Assembly: GCA_964016885.1 (NCBI GenBank)
Contig: OZ024740.1
Span: 151,156,001-151,220,000 of the forward strand
Length of the DNA stretch: 64,000 bases
From: Eledone cirrhosa
Taxonomy: Eukaryota
Reading direction: 5' to 3'
The notes under the pieces were generated by a model. It ran no database searches, was not told where the DNA came from, and was given only the letters and a program-made list of their open reading frames with translations. Shown here piece after piece: positions 40,529 through 53,431 of the stretch (its first letter is position 1; the number at the start of each line of letters is the position of its first letter). The position numbers were made by a program, and so were the translations under genes.

Positions 40529-40530
40529 GT

Positions 40531-40648
40531 GAAGGCGTGTGGCTGAGTGGTTAGAGAATTGGATTCGCAATCGTGAGGTTGTGAGTTCGATTCCCGGACC
40601 GTGCGATGCGTTGTGTCCTTGAGCAAGACACTTTATTTCACGTTGCTT
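40531..40648 (+). mobile_element. tRNA-derived SINE with CORE-like domain, 3' truncated
   Basis: A box tggctgagtggtta and B box gttcgattcc, followed by gtgtccttgagcaagacact. Confidence 0.8.
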
Positions 40649-41441
40649 CTTCTACCTGGAGTTACGACCGATAGATAGTATTAGCAATTGGAAAGACCAA
40701 TGGAAACATTGTTTCCTCGGTCAGATTTGACGAAAGTCGATCGTTCCTTTATTTTATTTATGATAATTTCTCAATCATCTTGCAAACGATAAATGATGAC
40801 ACGAGATTAACAAGAAATAAGCTGGTGCAAGTGCCCCAGGGTAGAATTCGATGTAATGTCATTGTTACTAGGCATGAATTTGCTAATACTATTTGACAAT
40901 TGCTATTCCCTCTGGAAAACCATCGTCGACATTTGACCCTCCGAATATCGGAAAAAAATTCCGCCTCATCACTCAGCAGACCAGTTAAAGAATATAGGTT
41001 CCTAACCACATATTCGACATTGTCCATGTAGCCAATTAGATCAGTGATCTTGACAGTGTTACCGTTATTCGCGTTACGTCTTCTACATGAATATCTAACG
41101 CGATTCAATGAAGGTGGTGCTTCCACAACTGTGGTGCTTATTACGGGCACTAGATTTTGTATTGAGCTATTTTCAAGAAGGCCACCGGCTTACAATTAAG
41201 CATTATTAGAGGAATTTATTATATGTTCAAGCTTGTAGTGGAATATGATAGCTTTATTGTAAAACATATGAGAATATATGTGGTTTGCTGGTCAGAGTGT
41301 TCGGCTCACGAACGAAAATCATGATTTCGATGTTTGGTAGCACGGGACACGCGGCTAGTTTTTTAACGAAATCAACAAAAGCCGAACTAAAAGTCAATAG
41401 ATTAAATACGAAAATAATAGTTTCTGATTCAGGTATCGACC

Positions 41442-41590
41442 CACTGGGTGACTGGTGTTTTATTTTATCGACTCCGTAAGGATGAAAGGCAAAGCTAACC
41501 TCGGCGGGATTTGAACACAGTACGTAAAAGGCCGTAACTCTATGCCGCAACGTATATTGTTCGACGCTCTACCGATTCTGCTAAACTACG
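41442..41590 (-). mobile_element. tRNA-SINE (Nin-domain-like) copy
   Basis: Same core as 39334-39524. Confidence 0.8.
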
Positions 41591-42097
41591 AAAATACTGT
41601 GTTTCTGAAATGACAGTTATATTTACAGATTCAGGAGTTTAACATTCCAATTACCATTTGTTTGATACCACAATCGCCGGCATTAGAAATGCCCTTAGAA
41701 AAATCTATCACACTTTATCATACTTTATTTACAATTGGTAAATTGAATTGAAATGCTATTTTTCCATCAAAATACAAAATTTCTGCCAATGAGTTTACAG
41801 AAATTTTTGCTTCTTTCTCATTATAATTTGCATAATTAAAGACAAATTGCACTGAGAGAAATAACTCAAATGAGACAAGAGAATGGTGCTGAAAAATAAA
41901 GGAAGCCGTAAGCAGAAAAACTATAATAGCTAACATAAATTTATCGTTTTGTTGGAGAAAGAAAATAAATATCTAGCAGCATGTTTATGGGACTGTAAAG
42001 AAAAGTTGAGATAATTTAAAAAAAATTATGAATTAATATCTTAACGTTAAATTACATGTTTAGGACTAGAAAAGTCTGATTTTGGTTGTCATTAATA

Positions 42098-42270
42098 TAA
42101 TTGTTTCTACTTTTTTGGCACAAGGCCAGCACATACCAGTACATTACTGGTACTTTATTTTATCGACTTCGTAAGGACGAAAGGCAAAGTGAACCTCGGC
42201 GGGATTTGAACTCAGACCGTAAAGGGACGTAACTATGCTGTAAAGCATGGCGTCCGACTCTCTACCGATG
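42098..42270 (-). mobile_element. tRNA-SINE (Nin-domain-like) copy
   Basis: Same core and 3' tail as 39334-39524. Confidence 0.85.
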
Positions 42271-42390
42271 TTATGTAGAGTAAGTGAATTGAAAATACCC
42301 CGTGGCGTATACATTCGAATGAGTAAATATTATACTAGGACACAAAAGTGTTTCTGAAAACCAGATGCATATTAAACTGAAAATAGAAAA

Positions 42391-42503
42391 TAATTGTTTC
42401 TACTTTTGGCACAAGGCCAACAATTATCCCAGTGCATTACTGGTACTTTATTTTATCGCCTCCGTAATGATGAAAGACAAAGCTAACCTCGGCGGGATTT
42501 GAA
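42391..42503 (-). mobile_element. tRNA-SINE (Nin-domain-like), 5' truncated
   Basis: Same 3' tail and core. Confidence 0.8.
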
Positions 42504-42593
42504 TAAAAGGTCGTAATCTCTCCTTGGATTACCTTAAACGATACCTCGTTTACTTTGATATATATGTATATATATATATTTGACAATCTAGTT

Positions 42594-42646
<53 letters not shown>

Positions 42647-42649
<3 letters not shown>

Positions 42650-42844
42650 CGAAGAATATGTGGTAAGGAACCAGATGGACCATAACGCACCAAATTATTC
42701 AATACTTAGAGTAGTAAAGTGGGTAATAGGAACGAGTAGGACCCCGACGGCTGAGCTCAAGCAGTTTCGACGGCAAATTCTGGACTACCAGAATTAGCCG
42801 TCGAAACGGCTTGAGCTCAGCCGTCGGGGTCCTACTCTTTCCTA
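42647..42844. mobile_element. Family C fold-back
   Basis: Inverted arms 42726-42783 and 42788-42844. Confidence 0.85.
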
Positions 42845-42900
42845 TATATATATATAGATAGATATATATGCCTCACTTTTTAATATATATATATATATAT

Positions 42901-43240
42901 TAGAAAGTGAGGTTTTTTTTACAAAATGAAAAATAACCAAGGTGTCCTACACGAGCGTAAGTATAAAGAAAAAAAGATGAAATCGAAAATGCAACCGGAG
43001 TCTTATTTTTTTTTAAATATATATATTTATTTGGTTCCTTTATTGGTTTCGCAGTTCTTCTGCTTTGCAAAAGTAGAGTTGCGATGGAGGGTCTGTGGTT
43101 TTTCTCACAGACCCTCCATCTCAACTCTACTTTTGAAAAGCAGAAGAACTGCGAAACCGGTAAAGGAACCAAATAAATATATATATATATATTTTTAAAT
43201 AAGACTCCGGTTGCATTTTCGATTTCATCTTTTTTTCTTT
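42901..43240. mobile_element. Family A fold-back pair
   Basis: A full minus-sense copy at 42901-43108 is followed by an inverted partial copy at 43109-43240. Confidence 0.88.
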
Positions 43241-43266
43241 ATGTATATATATATATATATATATTT

Positions 43267-44142
43267 AATGTATAATAAACAATACAGTATAATTACCTCA
43301 TTACCAGAGGTATCCCGAATAAGACGAATACAAGAAACGTCCGCATACTTTTTATTTATTTATTTATTTTTTTTTTCTAGTGATACTTTATATATTATAA
43401 CTCCTCCCACTTACTTTCTCTTTGCCTTAATTTTTTATTTTTATCTTATATATTATTTCATTAATTTATCATATTTTATATTTTTATATTTGTATCGACC
43501 TTCAGTCTGACACTGCTTTGACTTTATACACTCCCTTCCCTGTATATATCACAAACATATATGTGGTTGCGCGTGTGTGTATGTTTATACGCGTGCGTCC
43601 TTTCATCCTTGTATGTGTATATATTTCAACCCTTAGTCCCTGAGTCTGTATGTACGCTAACTCCATTATCTTACAATTCCTTTTTCAACATATATATACT
43701 ATATACGTATTTGTGGTCACACATACACTAATGTATGTACTTACGCACACATTTTTTCACTATACACATGCATTTGTACATACATACACATGTACATATG
43801 TACATTTGTAAGTGCATATACACTCATTTACACACATCCCCTTGCTATATTTCTTTATTTTTATTTTTTATACATCTCTTGTATTATTACTTTTATTTAT
43901 TTTTTTTTTGCTCATTAAACGTTTGCCTTTCTTGAGGAGATTTTCCAATAGTTCACTATGTTTTAAATTGGCTTGTCCGATGAACGAATGTGGACGTTTT
44001 TTGTATTCGTCTTATTCGAGAAACCTCTGGTAATTAGGTAATTATACTGTATTGTTTATTATACATAAAATATTTAGCTCTGTAACTTATATATGGCACT
44101 CTTCATTCCTCTGACTTTTTCAACTTTCAACGGAAACTTCAA
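43267..44142 (+). mobile_element. Family B non-coding element with inverted terminal copy
   Basis: 43267-43344 is inverted to 43990-44068. A decayed HHR (ccgatga...gaaacctctggta) lies at ~43970-44040, and the family is related to 60311-60602. Confidence 0.78.
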
Positions 44143-44165
44143 TATACATATATATATATATATAT

Positions 44166-44847
44166 GTGAAAAAATGGAGAGAAGAATACTGCATGGTTGC
44201 ACATGGATAACATGTTATAAAATGAGTCCCTCATCAGTGATTTACCAACGGTCATAGGTATTTCATTGCATTAAAAATCATATACCTCACGTTGGCGCAA
44301 TAATAACTAAAATAAGTTATTAGGACAATTAAAACGCGTAAAGCGAGTGAGACAAGTAAACAACACAGAGGAAAGCTAACCAAAGATAGGAAAGACACAA
44401 GCTACATAGTTATTCTATCAGTATAAGCTGGGTGAATATATGAGCGAGTAGAAAATAGACCTTTCGAGATGAATCCAATGTAAGAAAGAAGGAAAATCGT
44501 TAACATCGCGAACGGGATGAAGGGAGAAGGGGAGAAACAGTGAGTGAGTAGAAGTGTGACGAAGAGGTCAGTAGAGAGAAAGTGTTAACTGACATGACAG
44601 AGGGGACGAAAGAAAGTAAGAGAAACAGAGAGAACGAGGGAGCAGTAAGAGAGAGAGAGAGAGAAAAAAACAGAATCGCAGTTTAGGTAAATATATATGA
44701 AAAAATGGGGAGAAGAATACTGCATGGTTGCACATGGATAACATGTTATAAAATGAGTCCCTCATCAGTGATTTACCAACGGTCATAGGTATTTCATTGC
44801 ATTAAAAATCATATACCTCACGTTGGCGCAATAATAACTAAAATAAG

Positions 44848-44851
<4 letters not shown>
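44166..44851 (-). mobile_element. Family F ~530-bp head-to-tail unit (1.3 copies)
   Basis: 44168-44320 repeats at 44699-44851. It is the reverse complement of the units at 61729-62842. Confidence 0.88.
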
Positions 44852-44928
<77 letters not shown>

Positions 44929-45894
44929 CAACTAGATTTAAACGTAAACGTAAATAATCACATGTACGCTCAAATAAGTTTCCCCGTTTTATTTGATTAC
45001 TGCGCGGATGCTATTCTTAACGTTCCTTTTATATGCAAAAGTTTGAGCATTAAAGTACATTTTTGCGGCTTCCTTGCCTTCAGATATTGCTATCTGGATT
45101 GGCCTCATTAAAATCTTTGTACAAATCTTTCCACCCCGAATCTTCTTTAATTTGTCGACAGGTATTAACTTGGTAATTACGAAATTCTTTAACACCAGAT
45201 GCTGAGTTACTTAGATAAGAATTAAATAGAATATTCAAAAAAAGATATTAAATCATATGGCTCACTATAAGAAGCAGACGTAAGTGTCATTTACGAAAAC
45301 AAGAAAATAACGTAGTTGACTGTATGGGACCTCCATCAGCTCCAGGGACGAGTGTTCTTGTTTTGAACCAATGGAATAGACTGTGTATGTGCAGGATCCT
45401 GTGCATTCGACAGATACGTAGTTCTCATGATAATTCAGCATGACACTCTGAGTGACAAAGCTGGTCCTTTGAATTATAAGTACGATTCATTGTCACGAAC
45501 TGGATGGTCTGCGGGGAATCGAAATTCTGACCTTTCCATTGGGAGCTGATTACTCATAACCTCTAAGTCATGTGCTTACTCAGTAGTTGTCTACACTGAA
45601 GTTATCAATAAATTCACCTAATTTTACTTTTACAAGTTGCCCAACTTAGACAAGCCTATTCAAAAATATCTTCTTACGAGCGATTTAGTAATATAAAAAG
45701 TCACAACCTGTACTATTGTGTTAGGTTGAATTAGGATAATTCGAATATTAGTTAATTAAATTGATCTGCAGATAAACCCGGGAGTAAGTCAACGTATCTC
45801 AGGTATTAATTTATTAAACGTTCCATAGATATTTGCACTAGCAAACGGCAAGAATATTCGTAGCAGCATTTCGCATTGTGTGGATATAAAGCAA

Positions 45895-46040
45895 TTTCTA
45901 GGCGGCGAATTTTCACAGTTGTTAGGGTGTCGGATTAAAAATACCTAGGTAGTTGTTCCACCTCACCGCACTATGAGTTCAAGTTACCTGGTGGTCAACT
46001 TTACCTTTCAACTTTTCGTGGTAGATAAATACATAAAAGC
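45895..46040 (+). mobile_element. Very diverged tRNA-SINE
   Basis: ggcggcgaatt...tgagttcaagttacctggtggtcaactttacctttcaacttttcgtggtagataaa resembles the Nin-like family. Confidence 0.55.
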
Positions 46041-46291
46041 CAAATACAGGGGTTCAATTTTTTCTTTATCTATATTTTTTTAATTCTTTCGAAGAAATCA
46101 TTTTTGTTCAGACCTGATGAGACATGGGCTCTGCCAAGATTAAAACACCCAAAGACATACCGCAATTAAGAACAGTGCACCTACGAATCCTTTAGGAGTT
46201 AAAGGGTCTTTACATTTTTTAAAACAATTTCTATTGTCTACAATAATTGTATGCTATATTATAATATAGTATAACGTTATTCCAGAAAATG

Positions 46292-46361
<70 letters not shown>

Positions 46362-46369
46362 TGTATATA

Positions 46370-46403
<34 letters not shown>

Positions 46404-46589
46404 CACACATATATATATACATGTATGTATACGGTGTGTGTGTGTATATATAAAATCATGTATATATTCATACACATTTTTGCTTACACACATACTCACA
46501 TAACAGTGCACGTGCGCACACATACAAACGCACAAGCATACACACAAATATATGTATGTGATAAATGAAATGAAATACTTTTTATTGAT

Positions 46590-47651
46590 ATATTTAATCA
46601 TCGATGCACCGATTATTGTTTCAATGACCTTATTCTATCTTTCAACAAGCTTTATAAAATTCGATAGATTTTGACTCGAAATAAGTGACTCATTTTCAAC
46701 CACTTCTCATGAAATTAGTTGAAGTCTGTGCAAATGGCTTTACAAACTTCTAAATAGGTGGTAATTGGAAGGAGTATAATCTAAGCAATACGGAGTGTGT
46801 GAAGCATTTTCCCAGTCGATGTCCTCTAGAAGTTATTTAGCCATTCATGCAGAATGACGTCGTGCGTTAAGATGGTGAAAAATGCTTCATTTTCCGTGTG
46901 CTAAAGATGGACATTTTCTGTCTGAAACTGCCTTTAAACACATTAAATGCTGGAAGTAAATTTCGGCTGTGATTGTTTGATTACTTTCTAACACTTTGTA
47001 ATATATCATTCCTTATATATTCCATCACACATCCTAAAAAAATTATTTGGCTGCTGAACATACTTTCCACCAGAACTAAGTCACCGACGCTTTCGCAAAA
47101 CATTTAAGCAAAGGATCTACTTATTGCCCTCAATAATAACTCTCCCAAAAAGATATCTGAAGCTGATCTGGATGCTCTGGTGAACAATAGTCGACATGTT
47201 GATTGGGACTTTCTGCTAACAGGACATATGGAACCAACTTTTCAAACTGTTACACTTTCTCAACACTTCCTTTTGCAATGGACAGTCGTATGGCTAACCT
47301 TGAAATGCCTACTGAGTTCCTTAACAGTACAGTAAAGGTGTAGCTCTGGCCAGTACTACAGAATCACTTCTTCGAATGTCACTTACTTTTAACTGCAGTG
47401 CTCCTTTGTAAAACAGGAAATCAATCTTTTACATATTCTTTCAAAGACTACGCAATCACTCTATATGCTTTTGATTGACTGTGTTGCTATATATGGATTA
47501 TTTATTCTGTTAAATTCATAGGATGTGGCATGAAAAATGTGTTTAGATATATTATTCATCGAGACATCAGAAGATATGAATTAGAAATTGAACTTAATTA
47601 AATTTTGTTCAAAGTTTTCTGTCAAAAGCTGAACAAATTATTCGTTACAAA
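46590..47651 (-). mobile_element. Fossil Tc1/mariner transposon (mariner transposase pseudogene)
   Basis: Manual minus-strand translation gives TVKELSRHFKVSHTTV, KLVPYVL, FLGRVIIEGNK*, CV*WNI*GMIYYKVLESNQTITAEIY, IFHHLNARRH and WENASHTPYCLDYTPSNYHLFRSL. These match the mariner WVPHEL, TGDEKW, HDNARPH and YSPDLAPSDYHLF motifs in order. Confidence 0.88.
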
Positions 47652-47704
<53 letters not shown>

Positions 47705-47708
47705 TCAT

Positions 47709-47975
47709 GTGGAGGCACGTGGCCTAGTGGTAAGGGTGTTGGACTTACGATCATAATGTCGTGGGCTCCATTCCTGGGTTGTGTGTTGTGTTCTTGAGCA
47801 AAACACATCATTTCACGTTGCTCCACTATACTCAGTTGAAAATGAGTACCAGCAATAGCTGGAGGTTTAACCCTGCGATGGGCTGGCGTCCTGTCAAGGG
47901 GGGAGTCATGCACTCTCAGTCGCTTCACGCCATGAAACCGGGATAAGCACCGGCCAATTGAGCCTTCTGGCTTAA
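47709..47975 (+). mobile_element. tRNA-derived SINE with CORE-like domain, near full length
   Basis: tggcctagtggtaagg A box, a decayed B box and gtgttcttgagcaaaacac; related to 40531-40648. Confidence 0.78.
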
Positions 47976-48026
47976 GACAGACTTTAGACTTTTAGATATA
48001 TATTCATACACACAAAAACAAGATGG

Positions 48027-48084
<58 letters not shown>

Positions 48085-48207
48085 CATAAGTTGTGTGGTG
48101 TGTGCCTTTTTATGCGATTGAGTGTGTAACTGCAAACCAGTTTCTTTTTATGAAGCACGTCTGTAAATTTCTCTCTTTCTTTCTCTCTTTCTCTTTCTTC
48201 CTCTCTC

Positions 48208-48261
<54 letters not shown>

Positions 48262-48479
48262 TCTCTCTCTCTCTGTATAGATGTATATATATATATATGA
48301 TCCCCAATGCCACTGTCATCGTTACCCCAACACCACTATGCTCCTCTATATAATCCAGAAGGAGATTTTCCGGCGTAATTACATCAGGTTTTCCAATTTC
48401 TGGTTGACTTGAGGACAGGTTTATAGTTTTATGTTCTGTAGGATTACGAAACAAACCTGGAATAATCAAAATTAAGTCT

Positions 48480-48790
48480 GATACTCGTGGGAAGTTATAG
48501 ATGATGAAGGAGGTGGATTGGTTGCGGCATCAGTGGTTATAACGTTGGCGCCAGTAGTATTTTGTGTAATGTTGTTGTTGGTAGTGACGGTGGAAATGGT
48601 GCTTCTGACTGTGGTTGTTGTAAGAGTGGCGCTAGTGACATTGGTGGTAGTATTGACGTTAGTTTCGGTAAAAATGAAGATGATGGTGGCTGTGGTGGTT
48701 GAGTAGGTAGTAGTCATGATAGTTGTCAGGATGTTGGTATTATCAGTAGTAGGGATAATGTTAATGATGGTATTAATGGTGGTGGAATCA
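48480..48790. repeat. GGT/TGT-rich low-complexity tract (Thr-rich on the minus strand)
   Basis: Composition only; no gene context. Confidence 0.6.
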
Positions 48791-49599
48791 ATCCTCAGAC
48801 AGGTGTTCTAAAGTATTCTATCAAAAGCTACGGTATCTAAATGATCCAGTTGAATCCCCAAGCGAGTCCAACCGAACCTGATCTCATGGATGTTATAAAA
48901 TAATCTTACTCATAGTGAACCTCAAGTTCTTAAAATATGTCAAGCAATTCTTTCTTTATATACTCTAACCACATCTCAATTTTACTGGAGCTGTAATCTC
49001 TATTTTCGGAGAAGTAGCGGCTTCACTTGGAGCGACTGATCTCCGAGCTATGCATCCTATTGAGTAAATTTACTCCAAAGACCCTCCAAAGATAGTGAGT
49101 TTGGTTTTTACACCTACACCCTTTCTTCTCATGACCGAATGCTGAAGCTGGCGCATTACTACTTTAGCTCCAGTTATTCTTGAGCTTGCGTTAGACTTCT
49201 GTTTTCGATCCGTCGTCAAAAAAGATCCTGAGATACTTGAACTTCTCTTGCTACCATACATACATTGCGGTTACGAAGAGATTCAAAAACAGAATCTTCT
49301 AGCTGCTTTACAGCATCCTTTGCTTCCCATTTTGTCATTATCTTTTTTCATGCTTATTTTGATTCCCGCTGGCCTTTTCTATTTAAGTTTTACTTTTTAT
49401 TTTATTGTATCTTGTTTTTCAAATTTAAATTTAAATTTTTATATTCATATCTCTGTGAATCTTGTTTTATGTTTCTCGACTGTAATAAGTACTAGATACT
49501 TGCCCTAGTCTGTCATATGTTACTAGCTCTATACATAAGTTTAAATTGATTAAATAATTAAGTAACTAACTAACTAAATAATAAACATATATCTACAGA

Positions 49600-50350
49600 G
49601 GACACTCTGTATTCTTTCTTGAATGTATAAGAGTCTCAGACTTTGCAGTACTGATCTTCATTCCTGCCGCGAAGCACTCAGCAATCCCATTCTGTATGTC
49701 GTACGATGACGTCTGCAAATTCCAGCTGACTAGTCCCCCAACCACAGGATTTAATACCATGTCCAATCCGATAGCTCATGTCAATCCTGATCACGATGAT
49801 TATAAATAGGATGGATGACAATACGCACACTGGTGAAGTCCGGCACCCATTAGCTCCACTTATTCACTACAACATTCATGAAGAAACTTCAAATCAATAA
49901 GAAGCTATCCGTCAATTGCATACTCCTGCAGTACACAAGTCCTGTGGAAGAAGGTAGATCGCGTGCATATTTGATGTCGACGAAACAAGCATGCTCTTCA
50001 TGGCAATACTTACACGATTTTTTGAAGACCTGCCACAGAGTGAATATTTTGTCGGCTGCACTGCTGCCAAGACGAAAACCGTAATCTTCGTCAGCAAGCT
50101 TGTAATTAGGATCATCAATCCTGATTTCCAATGCTTTGGCACTTTTACAGAGATCCAAGCCTCCTGGCACACTCGAGCTAGTCAGAGAATACCTTCTGTA
50201 TTTACAGATTTTAACATCTCGAAACGAATTTCGTCGTCTCATGCACACTTTCCCCATTTGAGCTCTTTAAATGTTCTGGTGACCTCAGTCGCTGATAAGT
50301 TAGTTTTCGTCGCTATATGTATTCCATATACATCAGAAGATTCTGTTGCA
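49600..50350 (-). pseudogene. RTE-clade LINE reverse transcriptase fragment
   Basis: EDYGFRLGSSAADKIFTLWQVFKKSCKY...ACFVDIK matches the RTE motif EQ.GFR.GRST.DQIFTL..EK..E...FVD.EKAYD. Downstream are EFADV and AAGMKISTAKSE. Confidence 0.85.
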
Positions 50351-51257
50351 ATCGGACTTAGATTTATCAACAAATTATTCTTTCTACCTGGCGAAGATGC
50401 ACGCCGAAGCTTATAAGAAAACGGTATGTTGGGACCACATATGCACCTACATATGAATCAGTCCTACGTATCGAAAGCAAGATGTCCTACGTGCCGAATG
50501 AGATCACTCGAACATTTTTAATGGTGAAAAAATCTATACAGCATGCTTCACCAAGGAAGGCAAATACAGCACTAGAGAATACCCCTAACACAAGGGATGA
50601 GCATATGATTCCTAAAACTGGCATAATGTAAAGAGTGAACCACTGCTGTAAACTGTCAAGTGATCCATAGGGAGAGACGGAATGAACAATGTTATCATTT
50701 CCTCACTCTATCTATCTAGCTATCAATATCTCTACCTATTTCTGAGGACATTTTTGTCTAAGTATTGAACACCCAACAATAGGGGTTACCCCCGCCATCA
50801 TGTGGATATGTGATGCGCCAAATATTATGCACTAAACAAACATCAAGTGAATTTTATATTTATTGGAAACCTCCTACGGAATTCATTTTGATTGGTCCAT
50901 CCGTTTTACATTTGTTAGGAGGAGAATCCATTTCATATTTACATTTAATAACTCATTCTACTTAATTGATATACATATAATCAATGTATGGTTGAAAACA
51001 AACTAAGAGACAAAGATATAAATGGAAAAAAATTTCCATGTGGGTTCGAAATGTTTATGAACTTCCTTTTCCAATATGTATGAACATGAAATAAGAGATC
51101 ATTATATTTTACATTTTCATATGTAAACTGATACTCGTTCCAATCTGTTTTGAGCACTGTCTACAAAGCAATATAAAGATGAAAATATACCACACAACAA
51201 CAAATTGAACACACACACACGCACACACACTCACACACGCACACATAAACACACACA

Positions 51258-51346
<89 letters not shown>

Positions 51347-51437
51347 GCACACAAACGCGTGCACACATATATCTTTTCTCGTGTTTTTCTCTGGAAAAAT
51401 CTTCGGCAAGAACTTATATATAAAAACAAATATATAT

Positions 51438-51647
51438 ATGATGTGCAACGAAAGAACTTTGTTAGACTATATATATATGTGTTTATATTTGTATTTTTGA
51501 CCGTTGGTCAGTCAATGATAAACATTGAGGACCAAATGAACTAACTGTGGAGATATAAAAGATAAAGAAGCGAAAACCAAACGAGTGAGTGTCTCTTGTT
51601 ATTATTTCTGGCAATATTATTGCAACAATATGACTCTCCCCAAGTAA

Positions 51648-51648
<1 letters not shown>
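51438..51648 (+). mobile_element. Solo pLTR related to the Neptune-type element
   Basis: gatgtgcaacgaaagaactttg...tttttgaccgttggtcagtcaatg...atgactctccccaagta matches 26661-26905. Confidence 0.85.
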
Positions 51649-52051
<403 letters not shown>

Positions 52052-52057
<6 letters not shown>

Positions 52058-52773
52058 GACGTAAAATAAGAAAATTATAAAAATTAACTTACTAAAATTT
52101 CACTCCAACTAATTAGTTTCTGAAAGGGAATAAACATGGTTTCCGAAGGAACGCACGGAGAAATCCTTTCGTCATCAGGGAAGTCTATTCTCAGCTAAGT
52201 TCCCAGGCAATGCGTGGACACAGGGAACTTATACAAAAATAATTCAGTGGGTGGAAAAAAGCAAAGCGTGGACTAAGTTCCAGGACATTGAAAAAATCAC
52301 TGCCTACTTGGTCGGTGGCAAATTCAAAAGAATCAATCGCGTGACATCGAGGTTAATCAGTGAGGAGTGGTGTGTTAAGAAGACAGCAGCCGAACCATTA
52401 CTATGAACTATAGTAGCAGTTTTGGCAAATTTTTGCTCAACAAAATAATTTGGAGATAATTATAAAGATTTAGTATATCTACCAACATATATATACAGAT
52501 GCATACCTATACTAGCAAATATATAGGTTTTGTCTTAGTAACTTTGTGGTTCAATGCAAGGGGATGCAGAACAATAATATGAAAGACGTAAAATAAGAAA
52601 ATTATAAAAATTAACTTACTTACTAAAATTTCACTCCAACTAATTAGTTTCTGAAAGGGAATAAACATGGTTTCCGAAGGAACGCACAGATAAATCCTTT
52701 CGTCATCAGGAAAGTCTATTCTCAACTAAGTTCCCAGGCAATGCGTAGACACAGGGAACTTATACAAAAATAA

Positions 52774-52775
<2 letters not shown>
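52052..52775 (-). mobile_element. Non-coding ~527-bp head-to-tail element (1.35 copies) with HHR-like motifs in both repeats
   Basis: 52052-52243 repeats at 52579-52774. The minus strand reads CTGATGA-cgaaagga...tccttcg-GAAA-ccatg. Confidence 0.82.
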
Positions 52776-52846
<71 letters not shown>

Positions 52847-53431
52847 ATGTATATCGTTTACGACACGTTTCACACATGTCGTAAAACACATCTGGTTTCG
52901 ATCGTTTACGACACGTTTTGCAACTGTCGTAAAACTCTTTTGGATTATCTCCCTTCCCCTTCTCCCTCTCACTTCCGGTTGCTCCGTCTCCCCCCCCCTC
53001 TCTCTCTCTACCCTCACCTCTACTGAGATCGGTCGGAGCTACCGAACTCCCAGTTATTGCACCACCAGATTTAAGTCTGATCTGTTCCTTATAACATATT
53101 CTATTCTATTTTTTCCTCGGTTACTCACTTGCATGTTTCTTTTACCTGCGTCCCCCCTACTTCGGTCTGTTTGCCTCGTTTTTTCTCTTTCTTCCTCTCT
53201 CCTCACTACTTTACCTTTTTTCTTTGTTTTCTTTTCTTTCCCTCCTGATTGATAAAAGGGCTTGGGTGCGCCGCTGATCACTTATGATGTCCTGTATTGA
53301 GCGCCCAAACATCTATGATCTACGGTTTACAATTGACGAAGAATTTCTTCTCTTGTTTCGTCCATATTACCATCCTAAACATTGTTTACAGTAACCACAC
53401 AGCTCACTTCGTTTCTTGTAATTTTATATAT

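Noticed and set aside
40531-40605. tRNA gene
   Set aside because: The A and B boxes run into a CORE-like SINE body with no proper acceptor stem.
40758-41150. 130-aa minus-strand ORF as a gene or transposase
   Set aside because: No recognisable motif or splice context.
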